A stretch of DNA of 61,707 nucleotides, filler included, from Choristocarpus tenellus KU-1152 (lineage: Eukaryota > Protista > Phaeophyceae): NCBI GenBank assembly GCA_964200185.2. It is 8 parts of 8 records of this genome, joined end to end, with 100 filler letters (N's around TTAATTAATTAA, not from the genome) between each part and the next. Parts side by side here need not be neighbours in the genome. Positions count along the whole stretch, not along the records: positions 1 to 15,033 come from CAXNAD020001072.1; positions 15,134 to 22,136 come from CAXNAD020006883.1; positions 22,237 to 25,112 come from CAXNAD020024000.1; positions 25,213 to 28,464 come from CAXNAD020021255.1; 4 more parts are not named here. One strand, given 5' to 3'. The position numbers and the translations under genes were made by a program. Below, in pieces: positions 13,843 through 26,090 of this stretch (the first letter of the stretch is position 1; each line of letters opens with the position of its first letter). The notes under the pieces were generated by a model, which saw nothing but the letters and a program-made list of their open reading frames with translations, was not told where the DNA came from and did no database searches.

Positions 13843-14891
13843 AAAGAGGGGTGCCATTTGCTACCAGTCTAGATGGAGATGACTTGGGATGTGTCAGCAC
13901 CATGGCAGGCCTCATCTATGGGAGGAAGAGTGGGGAATGAGATTACCCTGGGGGAAGACGCACTTGTGTGTATGCTTTAGAGTTTTCTGGGTAGTATTAA
14001 TTGTTTGAACTGGCTATATGTCACTATTACAAATGTGTAATTATATTGTACAGATAACTCATGTCCTAAGGAATAATCTGGATTTTATGGTTCTTGTCCG
14101 AATGTATTTGCTCCATGTGTTGGTACTTCACACTACTTATTGATGGTCAAAGGGTGGTGGTAAGTGTGGGCATTGTATGGTGGGTGGATATGAAATACAG
14201 AAATATGGCATGGGTGGCTTACTGAAGTGATGTAGATGTAGGTGACACAGGTGTTATGGGGTAACCATGGAGGAGATAAGAAAGAATGAAAATTGTTGGG
14301 TGGGGCAATGGGTAGGAAACACATATTTATATAGATTTTTCAAGGGATAAGAGGTTGAGTGTAAATCCGTATGGACCAGGTCAGATGAGCTCGCATCAAA
14401 ATTCGTTGGGGAAATTCATCCACTATTGAACGAGGTGAAGAGATGGAAGTGGTGATGTCCAATATGCACTGCTCAGAATGGATGGCATAGATGTAGTTGT
14501 GGCAAAGCTCACTGCTTGGGAGGCCACGAAGGCCTTGACGGTGAAGACCTGGTTCGGAAGAGTAGATGGAAAGACTACCAAGGTCGGTTCAAAGCACCCG
14601 AATGGATGTTGGTATTCACTCTAGACGATATGGCCATCCAAAAGGATGCTACAAACAACTACATCATTTATACAAGTTCAAATTCATTGTTCTTCAGATT
14701 CAGATAGGGATAGATTCAAGTGATGGTGGGAGCGATGACCAGCGACCAGACTAGGATGATGAGGGAGATTGAGGACTCCAACAGGGATGGCTCAGTGGAG
14801 GGGAGGAGGAACAAGGAGTCTGTTGTCGGGGTAACTGGTCAGGTCTCAGGGAGATAGGTGATGGGGAGGACACTGATTCGGGTTAATTCTT

Positions 14892-15033
14892 GGCTCAAAG
14901 CATCTAGGGGGAGGGTGGCGGCTGTCCAGTTGGGGGTAAATTTTTCATGTCGCGATTTTTGGGTGATTTGGTTGCATACGTCGGATGGATAATGTAAGTG
15001 CCCTTTTCCTGATTTGGTCCAAATGGACACCCT
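14892..15033 (+). mobile_element. MITE family B, truncated at contig end
   Basis: GGCTCAAAGCATCTAGGGGGAGGGTGGCGGCTGTCCA...CATGTCGCGATTTTTGGGTGATTTGG...CCAAATGGACACCCT, matching 48859 and 58726. Confidence 0.8.
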
Positions 15034-15133
15034 NNNNNNNNNNNNNNNNNNNNNNNNNNNNNNNNNNNNNNNNNNNNTTAATTAATTAANNNNNNNNNNN
15101 NNNNNNNNNNNNNNNNNNNNNNNNNNNNNNNNN
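15034..15133. other. Artificial contig-joining linker (also 22137-22236, 25113-25212, 28465-28564, 45796-45895, 48964-49063, 58893-58992)
   Basis: Seven identical 100-bp N44-TTAATTAATTAA-N44 spacers. The core puts stop codons in all six frames. Confidence 0.98.
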
Positions 15134-15384
15134 GTGTCATGCGCTTCAAACTAGAGTCATCAGGGAGATGGGCACGGAGGGGTCTGTTGGATTCTTGGGA
15201 TGCCTCCCTAGCTCCCCCCCTCGGGGCACAGGAGTAGGTAGATGGGAACCAAAGGACGACAGTAGTACAATATTTTATATTGGGGAAGTAGCTGATAGAT
15301 TAGTGGTTTCCACACTCACAATGTTTTATAGTGTTTTTATGTTCAGGTTATTTTATTTCTTTAGGGCCAATAACGACATATGTA

Positions 15385-16036
15385 TAGTGTTCATTGGTTT
15401 CCCCCCTGACACATCTGCAAAATGTCAGAGACCATAAAAATATATAGATGTACATGTACATGTGGGGTCTGTGCGTAACTCTTACCGTCAAAAGAAGTTA
15501 CCATTAAGGAATCCTACACAAATAATAATGGGAGTATCGCAAGTTAGGGCCCTGCCACACAGTACAAAAATATACATCCTGGGTCCACCATTCCCTCAGA
15601 GTCAAAGTAGCCGAAAGGGGGGCTTGGTCATTTTGAGTGATACGGGTTTTTTTCAATAATATTTACAGAAGATGAAGTTTGAAACAGAGCATCACCGATA
15701 AGGATAACTTGTTTCTACAAAAAATGTGGTCACGAAACAGTCAAAATCCACTCCACATGTATGTGTGGAGTGAGTGCACAAAAAAGCAAGTACCACCACC
15801 AGAGTCAGTCAGAAGGGCCATCAAAACGCAGTGGTACACCCTTCTCGGTTACTTTCACTCTCCTCAGAAACATTGTTTACCCAAGAAAAGATTGGAGTAA
15901 GGGTTGAAGGGAATGAAGGTGTCCGAAAAAAAATAAAAATATCCACCGTCTCGTGTAGCGATAAATATACTAACAATAAATACCCCTCTGACATTTTACA
16001 GATAGATGTGTCAGGGGAAAAGCCAATTGAATACCA
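15385..16036. mobile_element. Tc1/mariner-type MITE, ~650 bp, ~50-bp imperfect TIRs, TA TSD
   Basis: Left end TA|TAGTGTTCATTGGTTTCCCCCCTGACACATCTGCAAAATGTCAGAG. Right end CTCTGACATTTTACAGATAGATGTGTCAGGGGAAAAGCCAATTGAATACCA|TA. Confidence 0.75.
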
Positions 16037-17519
16037 TAAGAACCCCCTGAAAAAGTAAGCAGTCTTGCACTTGTCCAGCCTTAACCTCGTCCTCTCGATT
16101 GCGGTTAGTGAGCAAAGGCCGAGAAATAAGATTCAATAATCGCATAAAAGTATTAGAATATTTACAGAGCAATCCAATGAGTACATTTTATGATGCGCTT
16201 TCTCGCATGAAGATCACATAGGGTATTTTCCAACAAAAGGATCACATAGGGTATTACCGGTCCGTCTTGCGCGGTGATTCTCTTCGCCACCCTTAACTGA
16301 GTGAACCACGCTGCCACAGAATCACACTGTTCATATCTGTTTTAGTTCTATTTGTTGTCCGTGTTCAGTCGGTGTTTCTCTCATATTGTATACATCCCAA
16401 GAACTATGTATGTGTGTATTAAAAGCATGACAATCCATCTTCGGTCGTTGTAGTCAACACTTCAGTTACTCATCGTTCGACCTTGTTTTAACAATATATG
16501 AACATTCCTTTTCAGATACTACGGGAGATCACGTTTCTGAAATAAAAAACAGCAAAGAAAAGGGTGTAAGTGTGAAACAGATGGGCGGGGTTGGCGGTAA
16601 GGGAGATTGACTCATGGGGTGATTATCTGCCGACATCAGCTGTTGGACCACCCGCTGATCCACCACTCGGAACTATGTGTCTACAAAAATCCCAGAGGAT
16701 TTATGGAATAAAAGTGTCCTTCCGTCCTCTAAGATGACTTTATCAAATGATAAAGGGTCCTGGTCATGAAATGGCGGTAGTAGATTTTCATCTGGTTCAT
16801 TTTCTTTGAATTCCTCCGCCATGGAGCTCTGGAAACGGTTTGCGGTTATCTGGAACGTAGTCTGTCGTCTCCTTGATCGAACTGTATGCCAATCCGACTG
16901 ATTTGGCATATGTGGTGCTCAAAGTACAGGCAATATACTCAAAATTTTCCCCAAACGTACTGTAAAAGTACTCTCCCACTTCTAAACGATTGTTGTCGTC
17001 ACCACTGTGAAACAGATGGAAACAAGCCGACAGGTTCTTCGTGATGAAGGGGAGCGGGAAGACCCACAGGAGGCAAGATCAAAGAGAGACAAATCAAAAA
17101 GGGAGAGCAATCCCTCAGAAGATCACTCAGGAAAAGAGTCAGGTGGTAACTAAAAGAGGGGGGAGTTGGTAAGGTCACTCCAAACCACCCAATCTTACTT
17201 CAAGGATATGTTACCTTCAACATGCAAGAACAAATATCATATGAATATCATAATGTTCAAGATAGGTCACCTTCAGGGTATACCTTCTGTGGAAGATGGC
17301 TCTCACGTAAGACGAATTTTCAGGTCTCTGGCAGGGTCCCTCACTACTTAGTGAGTCGTTTGTTCAGTGACAATTGAATCGAGATATAGTTGAATATGTT
17401 CTGGTCGATTTAATATACCTACGGATTATTTCGGTTCACATCTCTAGATATTCAGCACTATATTGCCGCAGCATTATAGTTTATTTAATAAAAACTAAGG
17501 ACCAGGGAAAGTAAAGTTC

Positions 17520-17930
17520 TTCGCTACCTCTAGTCTGCCACTGGAGCCAGTGTGGGCAAGGGGCCAAAGCATGGGCCAGCACATAGCCCTCAGAACCAGA
17601 CACCACATTTCTCCTGTAGAGTTTAGACTCGCCACCAACAGGTCTCCAGGGAGGAGGTCCTATCCATCAGGTGCCCGGTGGCTGGGTGCAGGAAGCACAA
17701 TGTCGATACCCAACATGCCCGCCATAGGGCAGGAGTACAGAGGGACTGCCGGGTGTTGCAGGAATGAGGCCGTCAAATCTCGTTTGAGACAGGTAGTGTC
17801 TGTCACTACACAAGTGGCTCCCTCAAGACGCACCATGCGTTTCAAGGTAGCGACGCCAGGCAGGTGGGCAAGAAGGGGTCTAACAGATTCTTGGGATGCT
17901 TCCCTTCCTCCCTGCCCACCTTCGTAGGGC
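17520..17930 (-). mobile_element. Possible decayed C-terminus of a CRE/R2-like non-LTR retrotransposon
   Basis: The minus frame has one stop. It reads TLKRMVRLEGATCVV...LGIDIVLPAPS...WPLAHTGSSGRLEVA, resembling the restriction-like endonuclease region (DVT..P / PLA.ESFGRLG). Recognised by eye only. Confidence 0.35.
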
Positions 17931-19059
17931 TAAGCTAGGTTAGAAGCATAGGATGTACACAATACTTTGTAGAGAACAAATTTCAAGGGGGTATCATTGT
18001 ATAGATAGTTATCGAATAGTACATTTGTTGAGGTGTCTTATCATCAACGTCAACTGTTGTATCTACGGTAGTCCTTGTCGTACGGTTTTGGTCCTGGATT
18101 AATCCCCCCATTCTATTTGCCCACACTGATATTTTGCAGACAAGCGTTATGTCGTGAGTGGGACAAGAACTGACATGCAAAGAAGGTAGAGAATACTGTA
18201 AACACAACAAACACAATAAAAAACCATAGCTGGTACCACTTACAATTAATTAAGAACACATCTACGCATGGAATTGGGTGTATGTCATATCTGAAGGGGT
18301 AGCAAAATCAGACAACACTAAACAAGTCAACAAGGTAAAGTAAGTGGAGGGGTTGAACGTTAAAGTTGAAGACTTGGTGTTCCGGTTTTGAATAAATTAT
18401 TATGGATATTGAGTTCTACATATATAATATATAAGGAGTATGCCTCTATGTAGTATCTGCATTATTGTCTATTGTCTAGTACTTAAATGGGGTTATGGGG
18501 TTGGGTGTTTGGGGAATCAGGTTTAGTTCTACTTAGATTATTTGATCGAGAGAGGGTATGTTGCATTGCCGAAGTTGTTGTGTGGTCTTCATGCTAGGAT
18601 GTTTTGTTTATGTCGTTGAACTTTATGGTTTCTGGTACTTGTAAAATGTACAGGTTGATAGCAGTAAGCAGGAAACGACACTCCAGAAGTTCGACATTCG
18701 ACGCATGAAACATTTGTTCACGTGATGCATAAGGAGGGGAGATTTCGGGCTTCACACTATGTCCTATTTTGATTGGCTTATTCTGGAGTGCCTACAAGTT
18801 TCGGATGGAGACATGGTTGGGATGGATACTGCTCCTACTATTATATAGTTGTAGTTGGAGTAGTAGTATGTAAATATATAGTTCGTGTGGCGCGCGCAAA
18901 ACGCACGGGGTACTTTTTCGGGTTGATGTCTAACTTTTCAACTTGGTACAACTATATACTTACGCTTGAACAAGGTGTGATATCTGAGAAGGTGTAGGGA
19001 TCCTACTCTCTTTTCCATTGGCATAATGACCTGGTAAACCTATTCTGTATTTGTGAAGG

Positions 19060-22000
19060 ATGGCTATAGAATCAATGGATGTTGTATTGAAGTCCCCTGC
19101 CAGAAATAGGCGGAGACCTCCACTAGACTCCCCAAGCAGGAGGAGGGCAAGGGCTCATGGTGCAGGCCGCCAAGAGCAGACTTCTGCTGGAGATGACGAT
19201 GCCTCACAACTGGCGATCAAGGTTGGTCTGGTAGATCCTGGATGGAGGAAGAACAGTCATCACTAACTTCAAATTTGTCATAGCAGATGTCTTGTGCTAT
19301 ATATAGATAGTACTGTGCAACTATTGTATCATTTGTGTGCACCAGTGCTTCCATCCATAGCCCTGGGACATCATGACATCAACAAGCCTCGAGCGCTACT
19401 GTGTAGATGATGGTAAAAGTGGGTAGAGTAGGTCATACCTTATGTTACCTCAGTGCTTAATGTACCCCATTCCAATGTTCATATTTGGACAGGAAGCGAT
19501 CGTTCTGGTATCTGATGCCTCTCTCTTCGCAGTGAGAGAACGAGCTCAGTGGCATCTGGGCTGCATGCACGCATCTCCATTTGGGCGTCGCACTAGGTGA
19601 GTAGACTGGAGGCTCGAGTAATAGCACTACACACAATCAGAGGTTCTCGATGTTCCATGAATTCCCCATCATCAACAATATCTCCGAAGAGGACACGAAA
19701 AATGCTTATGGACAAGTCTGTTGCCGCAGAGGTAGTTCCATTTTTTTACTTCATCTGTGCGACTTAGCAGCTTTTCCTCTTATCCTGTACCTGTTTGTCC
19801 CCTTTATTCCCCCTTCAATACAACCCCAACTCACCCCCCCAGGACATCTGAGGATCAACCCAAACAAGCCCACCTACCATCGGCTCACCTAGCTGGAGAC
19901 TTTGATATTGGTGGTAACCTCTCACTGGTAGAAACCCTCATGTGCGACCTGGTTCCTCCGGGTCGACGCAGGAGACAACGTGGACACACAGAGTCAGCAT
20001 CCTTGGCTGCGGACGGTAGCGACAAGTCTTTTGGCACTGGTCAGGAGCAGCCGAGTGGACCCACAGGAATGGACCTGGAAGTCATGCCCATGTCAGAACT
20101 GTGGTTCGGGTACCGCAAATACCGCCTGGTGGTTTGCCTGGACATGAGCTCCAGCATGCTGGAGCAGCAATGCTGGACCTGTGTGTTGGACCAGGAGAGG
20201 AGAGGTATGCCCTTGATGCACCTCCTTGAGGCATCAATGGATATCATCCAGGTAATGAGTTAGGTGGGCAGAGGAAAGAATTAATAATATGCGATTGAGA
20301 GGTGGGAGCATGATGATGTGTTCGTCCCTGGTACCTTTCGCTCAATACAGAGTTGCCATCCTTTTGCCAGTTGCGCCCATGGCATATACAACAGCAAGCA
20401 ATGTTAGCATGTGCTGCAACAGCTCCAAGTCAAGCCAAAATTACAAGGCAGTGCAGCTGAAGATCAGTATTTCAGTTCATGACCTGTCTAGAGCATGCAG
20501 TAGCCTATCCATGCCTCCTCTCGCCCAAGCGAAATCTTCCATTACACTATTTTTGTCTGTAGTAGGCCTTGAGAGGGCTCCACAATATTGCTGTAGTCCT
20601 TACTCAAAAGTGCAGGGCTGCTGGAGCTCAGAAAGACTCGGCACCTCCAGGGCATATTTCTTGTTGCAACTGTACCAATGTGTGATCTGTGCTGCAGGGA
20701 GTTGTGGCTCCCATGGGATTGGCTGATGGCAACCTGGGCAATGCAGCTGGAGGTGTCTGTGAGGAGTTGTATGTGTCTGTTATTGCTTATGCTGTTGAGG
20801 TAAGTGTGTGGTAACCATGCTATTGTATGTCTTCAAACATGCGAGTCTATGTATTTGCATGTTGTTGGGGTAGGTCTCCAGTGAACATTAAGTTTGATAC
20901 TGATACTGCTTCACCTTGCAGTGTTTTCAAGCCCTTCTGATCTCCCAGACTCGCCCCCTCTCCCCACCTTTAAATCTATTCCAAAAATTCCTATGCAACT
21001 GTTGATTGTAGCTTTTTCTAGTTTTCTTCACAGAGCTAAAACCCATACCCTTCCTTCCTACACTGGTTATTTTCAGATTGATGAAGCATGGTCCCTGCTT
21101 CAAGGCTTTCGTATTGGACAGGGGGCAATGCCGGGTGGTCCAGAGCTGCAGGAACTCCGACGTCTTGTTGGCACTGCCATAAAAGAGGCAGGTAACCGGT
21201 GAGTGGCAGTATCAGACTAAGAAAGGAGGATTTGCCAGGTCATGGAGGGACCTGGTATCGACAGATGAGTATAGTGAATGTAAAGTTCTTAGAGGCACTC
21301 AGAAGAGTTCAAGTTCTTTCTGCTGGACATTCGTCTGTGTTGGTATACCACTCACTATGCCAGTAAGATCATCTGGGCATCTACCTGTTTGCATAATGTT
21401 GGGGGTGTGTGAATGTGACAAGTCATCAATCCCTCCATTTGTACAATGGGTTTGTAGCTCACCCTCCATTTCTTCTGGGAGGTCTATTTCCTCTTCCCTC
21501 AGTCCTGTATCCCGCCTAGCTAGAAACAGTCTTGTCAGGATGAGACCATTGTGAATCTGTTGACGATCTGTTGCGCCGATGAATGTGAGGCTATGACTCA
21601 AGTAACCTGCCAAACGTTTTATCAAAGTACAATGCTTGTGCTGAAGATATTCTTGAAAGCAATTTAAAGTAGCACATACTCCAGAGTGATAAGATGAGCT
21701 AGAAGAGGTAAGTGTTGTGGATTAACCTGCAAAAATGGAGGTATACCTTTGGTTTGCTAACCCTAAGAGAAGGGGATTGTGATGTATGTACCTCTCTTTC
21801 AGCAGCCCCCCTCACACCTACCCATGGCTCGTACTTACTAGAACTAAGCTTTCTATGTGTACTTGGCAGGGTGTACTTGTCCCTACCCACCTCAACATCA
21901 AAATACTACACCTTGTCCTTACCACTGTCATTATCCCCTCACAGCACCCTCATACCACTGTATCCAATGTCTTGTGCCCTCCCCTCTTGTATTTGTGTAA

Positions 22001-22136
22001 CCCTGGGGTGTTTTGTGCCCACTCAGCCTCAGGAATGCACTGAGAAGCAAGTCCCGCCTTCCCCGGCAGTTTCGCAATGGCTCCCCTACCACAGGCAAGC
22101 CTGATGCCCCCCAGGCCTCTGCGGTGCCCTTGACAG
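19060..22136 (+). CDS. SZT2: SZT2-like (KICSTOR scaffold) 5' exons, truncated by contig end
   Basis: Exons 19060-19221, 19493-19596 (VRERAQWHLGCMH), ~19843-20251 (WFGYRKYRLVVCLDMSSSM), ~20698-20799 (EELYVSVIAY), 21077-21199 (WSLLQGFRI), ~22032-22136. The motif order mirrors the animal SZT2 N-terminus as I recall it (R.AWFL..L / YRFVIELDLSPS / EIYVTIQAY / VLVQG). Confidence 0.7.
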
Positions 22137-22408
22137 NNNNNNNNNNNNNNNNNNNNNNNNNNNNNNNNNNNNNNNNNNNNTTAATTAATTAANNNNNNNN
22201 NNNNNNNNNNNNNNNNNNNNNNNNNNNNNNNNNNNNTCGGTTGTTCCCCTTTTTTGTGCAACTTTTATATACTTTTTTCGGTGCTCATTTTTCACCATTG
22301 GTAGGGTTTTTTCCCCCCCCCCCCCCCCCCCGTTGCCTTTTCCCATACCCTTATAATGGATGTTCTCTCTTGTCGTGTCTTGCGTGTGGGATGTATTTAT
22401 GTTTATAG

Positions 22409-24500
22409 GTGGGGGTGGGGCCCTTGCCGACCGTCTAGGTGTGGAGGGAAGGGAAGGGGCGTTCACAAGACTTGCAAGGCATTTGGATAGCTTTGCTACT
22501 CTCAGGTACGATGATACTAACTACTACTTCTCTCTCGGAATGCGAGGGATTCTGCCTGCACCTGTATGAAATTATGTTTTTTTATCAGGCTTTTTTTTTG
22601 TACCTTATCCAAAAAATTTAAAAAAAAATCTTAAAAAAAAGACAATAACAAAAAAAACTTGAATCTGTAGGCGTCGTGGCTGGTGTTGTAATGAATAGAT
22701 TGAGATATTATTGGTTGAGAAAACATAAGCAATATACTTTTTGTGTGTGTGTGTGTGTGATTGGGTTCACGTTAACCAATGCCGGTGCGAGAGCATTTGT
22801 GTATTCACACCGGCTCTTTATTATGTATTATTTGTTGGAGACATTATTTTTCATGTCCTGTTGTAGTTGTAAACCCTGTTGTAGGTGTAGGATTAGGTGG
22901 ACTAGTAATTATTGACGAGGTTTTATTTAATTAGAGAACTTTGTATTGAAAGAGGAAGGCGTGAACGTGGGCAATAGTACCATTTTTTCTTTTTTGTTGA
23001 AGGCAATAATGTACGAATCAAGGTTAAAACATATTTCTAACTGAAACGCTATGTTTGTGCCTGCCTGCCTGCCTGTTTCTGTTTTTTTTTTTCAAAGGTG
23101 CTGCAGTAGCGACCAACGCAGTAGTAGTATTTAACTTTTTGTCCTACTAAAGAGGTGTATGAGATGAAAGCAACCCTTCCCATGTAATCGCTGATCTCCA
23201 CTGTTGGTTCCTCTGTTCAATTGTGAATTAATTGTGGATTGTTGCCGCCTGTGGGTTTGGTTCTCGGGTTGGACTGTGGACGCCTTCGTTTTTAGGGAAC
23301 ACCTTGTTCGGAAGGATCTTTGGAGCCTGAAGGAGCTGTGGCAAGCCTGTGAGAACGAGGCACTGAAGACCTCTGGGAAGAGGTGAGGGCAGTGGGTGGG
23401 TTTGGTGTGAGGTTAAGGGTTAGGGTTAGGGTTAGTAGGGTTGAGGTGTGTTTGGAGTCTGTTTAGGGTTGAGGGTTGGGGTGTGTTTGGAGTCTGTTTA
23501 GGGTTGAGGGTTAGGGATTGTTTCAGAGTGTTGGGTGTTGGAATTGGGGTGTAGGATTGTTTTTGGGGTTTTGTGTTGGGGATGTGTGTGTGTGTTTTGT
23601 GTTCAGGGTTAAAGTTGTGTTTGTAGTTGGGTTAGGGTTAGGGTTGTGTTTTTAGTTGGGTGAGGATTAGGATTAGAGCGTGGATTTGATTTAGGGCATG
23701 TGTTGGGGTTGGTTTTAGGGTTTGGATTGTGCAACATTGTTGTTGAGACTGTTGTTAGGGTTAGGGAGAGGTGTGGGTTGAAGGCTATATGAAACTGACT
23801 GTTCACAGGATGGGCGTGTCTTGCTCTTGATTGATCGATTGGTATTTGTAGGTATTTTTCCTTGTGATGTAGATTTGAAATTTGGAATTGATTCTATATC
23901 CATGTTGTAACCAGTGTTATTATTATTATTATTATTATTATTTTATAGTTATTTTGTATTGGTTGTTGTTGTAGGACTCTAGATGTGTGCTTTGGTGTGG
24001 GAGTTTGCATTACTCAAATATCTCTCATTTTTTTAATGTTACATGGCTTTCATAAAATATGTACTATTACGAATACGTTCACATATATATATATATATTT
24101 CATGTTTGTGGTATGTTCCAATGTGTGTATCTATATCTTACATTAGAAGTATGGATATTTTATCATTATTTGACGCTTCAACGCTGACGGCATGCAGGTA
24201 GGTATTATTTGTTGTGATTGTGATTTGTCGTAATCATTGTTCTTTCTTATTTTTACGTGTGATTTTTTTGTTTTGTTTCAGGTATTTATACATTGTCATC
24301 GTCCACTGAACGCTTACACCTTAACCTCCCCCTGTCCCCTGTCCCCTGTCCCTCTGTGTCTAAACGTACCGGTTCTACCTTGTGGGGTGTTGGCTGATGT
24401 TGTGACTCTGTAGCCATGTATCTTGTGAGATCTACAGGTCTCGACTGAATCTTCTGAGGAGAGAGGCGGAAATTTGCAACTCTGCGGCGGCAACCAGAGA
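22409..24500 (+). CDS. Internal exons of an unidentified gene
   Basis: Phase-compatible ag/gt-bounded exons ~22409-22505 (ALADRLGVEGREGAFTRLARHLDSFATLR), ~23296-23381 (EHLVRKDLWSLKELWQACENEALKTSGKR) and ~24438-24499 (SRLNLLRREAEICNS). Confidence 0.45.
23400..23780 (+). repeat. Degenerate interstitial telomere-like (TTAGGG)n tract
   Basis: GGTTAGGGTTAGGGTTAG cores at ~23418 and ~23630 within G/T-rich degenerate hexamers. Shorter tracts at ~34320 and 61507-61533 (CCCTAA). Confidence 0.7.
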
Positions 24501-25444
24501 GTGTGAGTTTCCTATCTTATCTGATGTACCTTTGATTGATAATCTAAACCTGTACCCTTTTTGGCTGCTGATTTTGATTGTTATATTGTATTGGGCGTTT
24601 TTACTTGGAACCGAGCCCCCCCCCCCCCCCCCCCCCTCCCCCCAACACAAAAANNNNNNNNNNTTTTTTTTTTTTTTTTTTTTTTGGGCTTTTTTTTTTG
24701 GAACCCCCCCCCCCCCCCCTCGCCCTGATTTTAAAAATATAAAAAGAAGAATATCGAGTTGATGTTTATTCTTATTATTACAACACTATGGAAGAAGGAT
24801 TTGAATAAGTAGTGTTACACTATTTTTTACATGAATATACTTTTTTTTTTATCAGGGTTAGTTTTTTGGGACGAGGAGGAAAAGACGGACCAATGAGAAG
24901 AAGGCTCGTTTTGTGGTTTCATGCTGTTCAATTTGAATACCTTACTGGTTATGCACCTGCTCTCTGATCAGCAATATCCGCCCCGTGTGTATATCAGACA
25001 GCGTTAACGCAAGAATTTTATTATATATATATATTTTTTTTTTTGGGGGGGGGGGGGGGAGGGGGCTGACCGACTGACTAGTTTGGAAATTTCCCGTATC
25101 CTTCCACCTCGGNNNNNNNNNNNNNNNNNNNNNNNNNNNNNNNNNNNNNNNNNNNNTTAATTAATTAANNNNNNNNNNNNNNNNNNNNNNNNNNNNNNNN
25201 NNNNNNNNNNNNTATATCGTCAGTCACACACAGAGTAGGGGGGAAAGTGCTGTATTATTGGGCAATCTGTATGACCGGGGCGAGTGGATGATAAGTGGTT
25301 TTATATCCTCAAAGATGGGCAAGGTGTATACCTGCACCCCACTGAGATCCCCCCTAAACCCACACAGGCACAGAAAAAGAGTTACATTACAAAGTTGATG
25401 TTCCTTGCAGCTGTGCCCCCCCCTACTAGGAAACACTCAAACAG

Positions 25445-26090
25445 GGTGTGATTCGATGGGAAAACGGGAAAATCGGGATAATATGGTCAATCATGGACAC
25501 TAAGGTCGTTCAGCTCCCAAGCAAACATCTCCCAAAGGGTACCCAAGTGCTTCTGCCAACCACAGTGGACGGGGAAAGGTATAAGAAGCTCATGATCGAT
25601 GATGACATTCTCGGCAATGAAGGCCCACATGCCTAGGCCAGAATGACTCACCATCTTTGTGCAGCAGCACAATCAAAGCCACACACCACAGGGGGTATCA
25701 TGGAGGCAATCAAGAAGGCGGCAGGGGATGACATTGCCATAGAGACCCAAACAGCCAACTCACCTGATCTCAATATCAACGACCTAGGATTCTTTCATCC
25801 CATCCAGCAACTGAAGAAAGACGTGGAGGTGACCAACGCAGAGGAGATGGTGGAGGCAACAATAGGGGCGTTTGATATGTACCCACGGAAGACACTAGAG
25901 CATGTCTGACAGAGTCTCTTCGCAGTCTACAGTGAAGTGCTGGGGTCCAAGGGTGACAGCGTCTTCAAAATTCCCCATCATAATACGGAAAACGAGGAGA
26001 AGGCAGGCAATCTCCCCTTGAATGCCCCAGTGGATGTGGCGAAATACCATACTAGAATGGAGTTTTGGAGGGCTTCGGGGGTGGAATCAT
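25445..26090 (+). pseudogene. Decayed Tc1/mariner transposase (plant-mariner-like, DD37D spacing)
   Basis: VDGERYKKLMIDD..AMKAHMPRPE*LTIFVQQ / KPH...QTANSPDLNINDLGFFHPIQQLK...YPRKTLEHV*QSLFAVYSEVLGSKGD..FKIPH. The SPDLNxxDLGFF motif is present, with stops and frameshifts. Confidence 0.9.

Noticed and set aside
16250-17040. Broken coding-like minus-strand frames (GEYFYSTFGENFEY, FHDQDPLSFDKVIL)
   Set aside because: Probably a decayed gene or TE, but no motif I can assign.
24600-24730. Apparent duplication around poly-C/A/T with a 10-N gap
   Set aside because: Low-quality homopolymer assembly junction.
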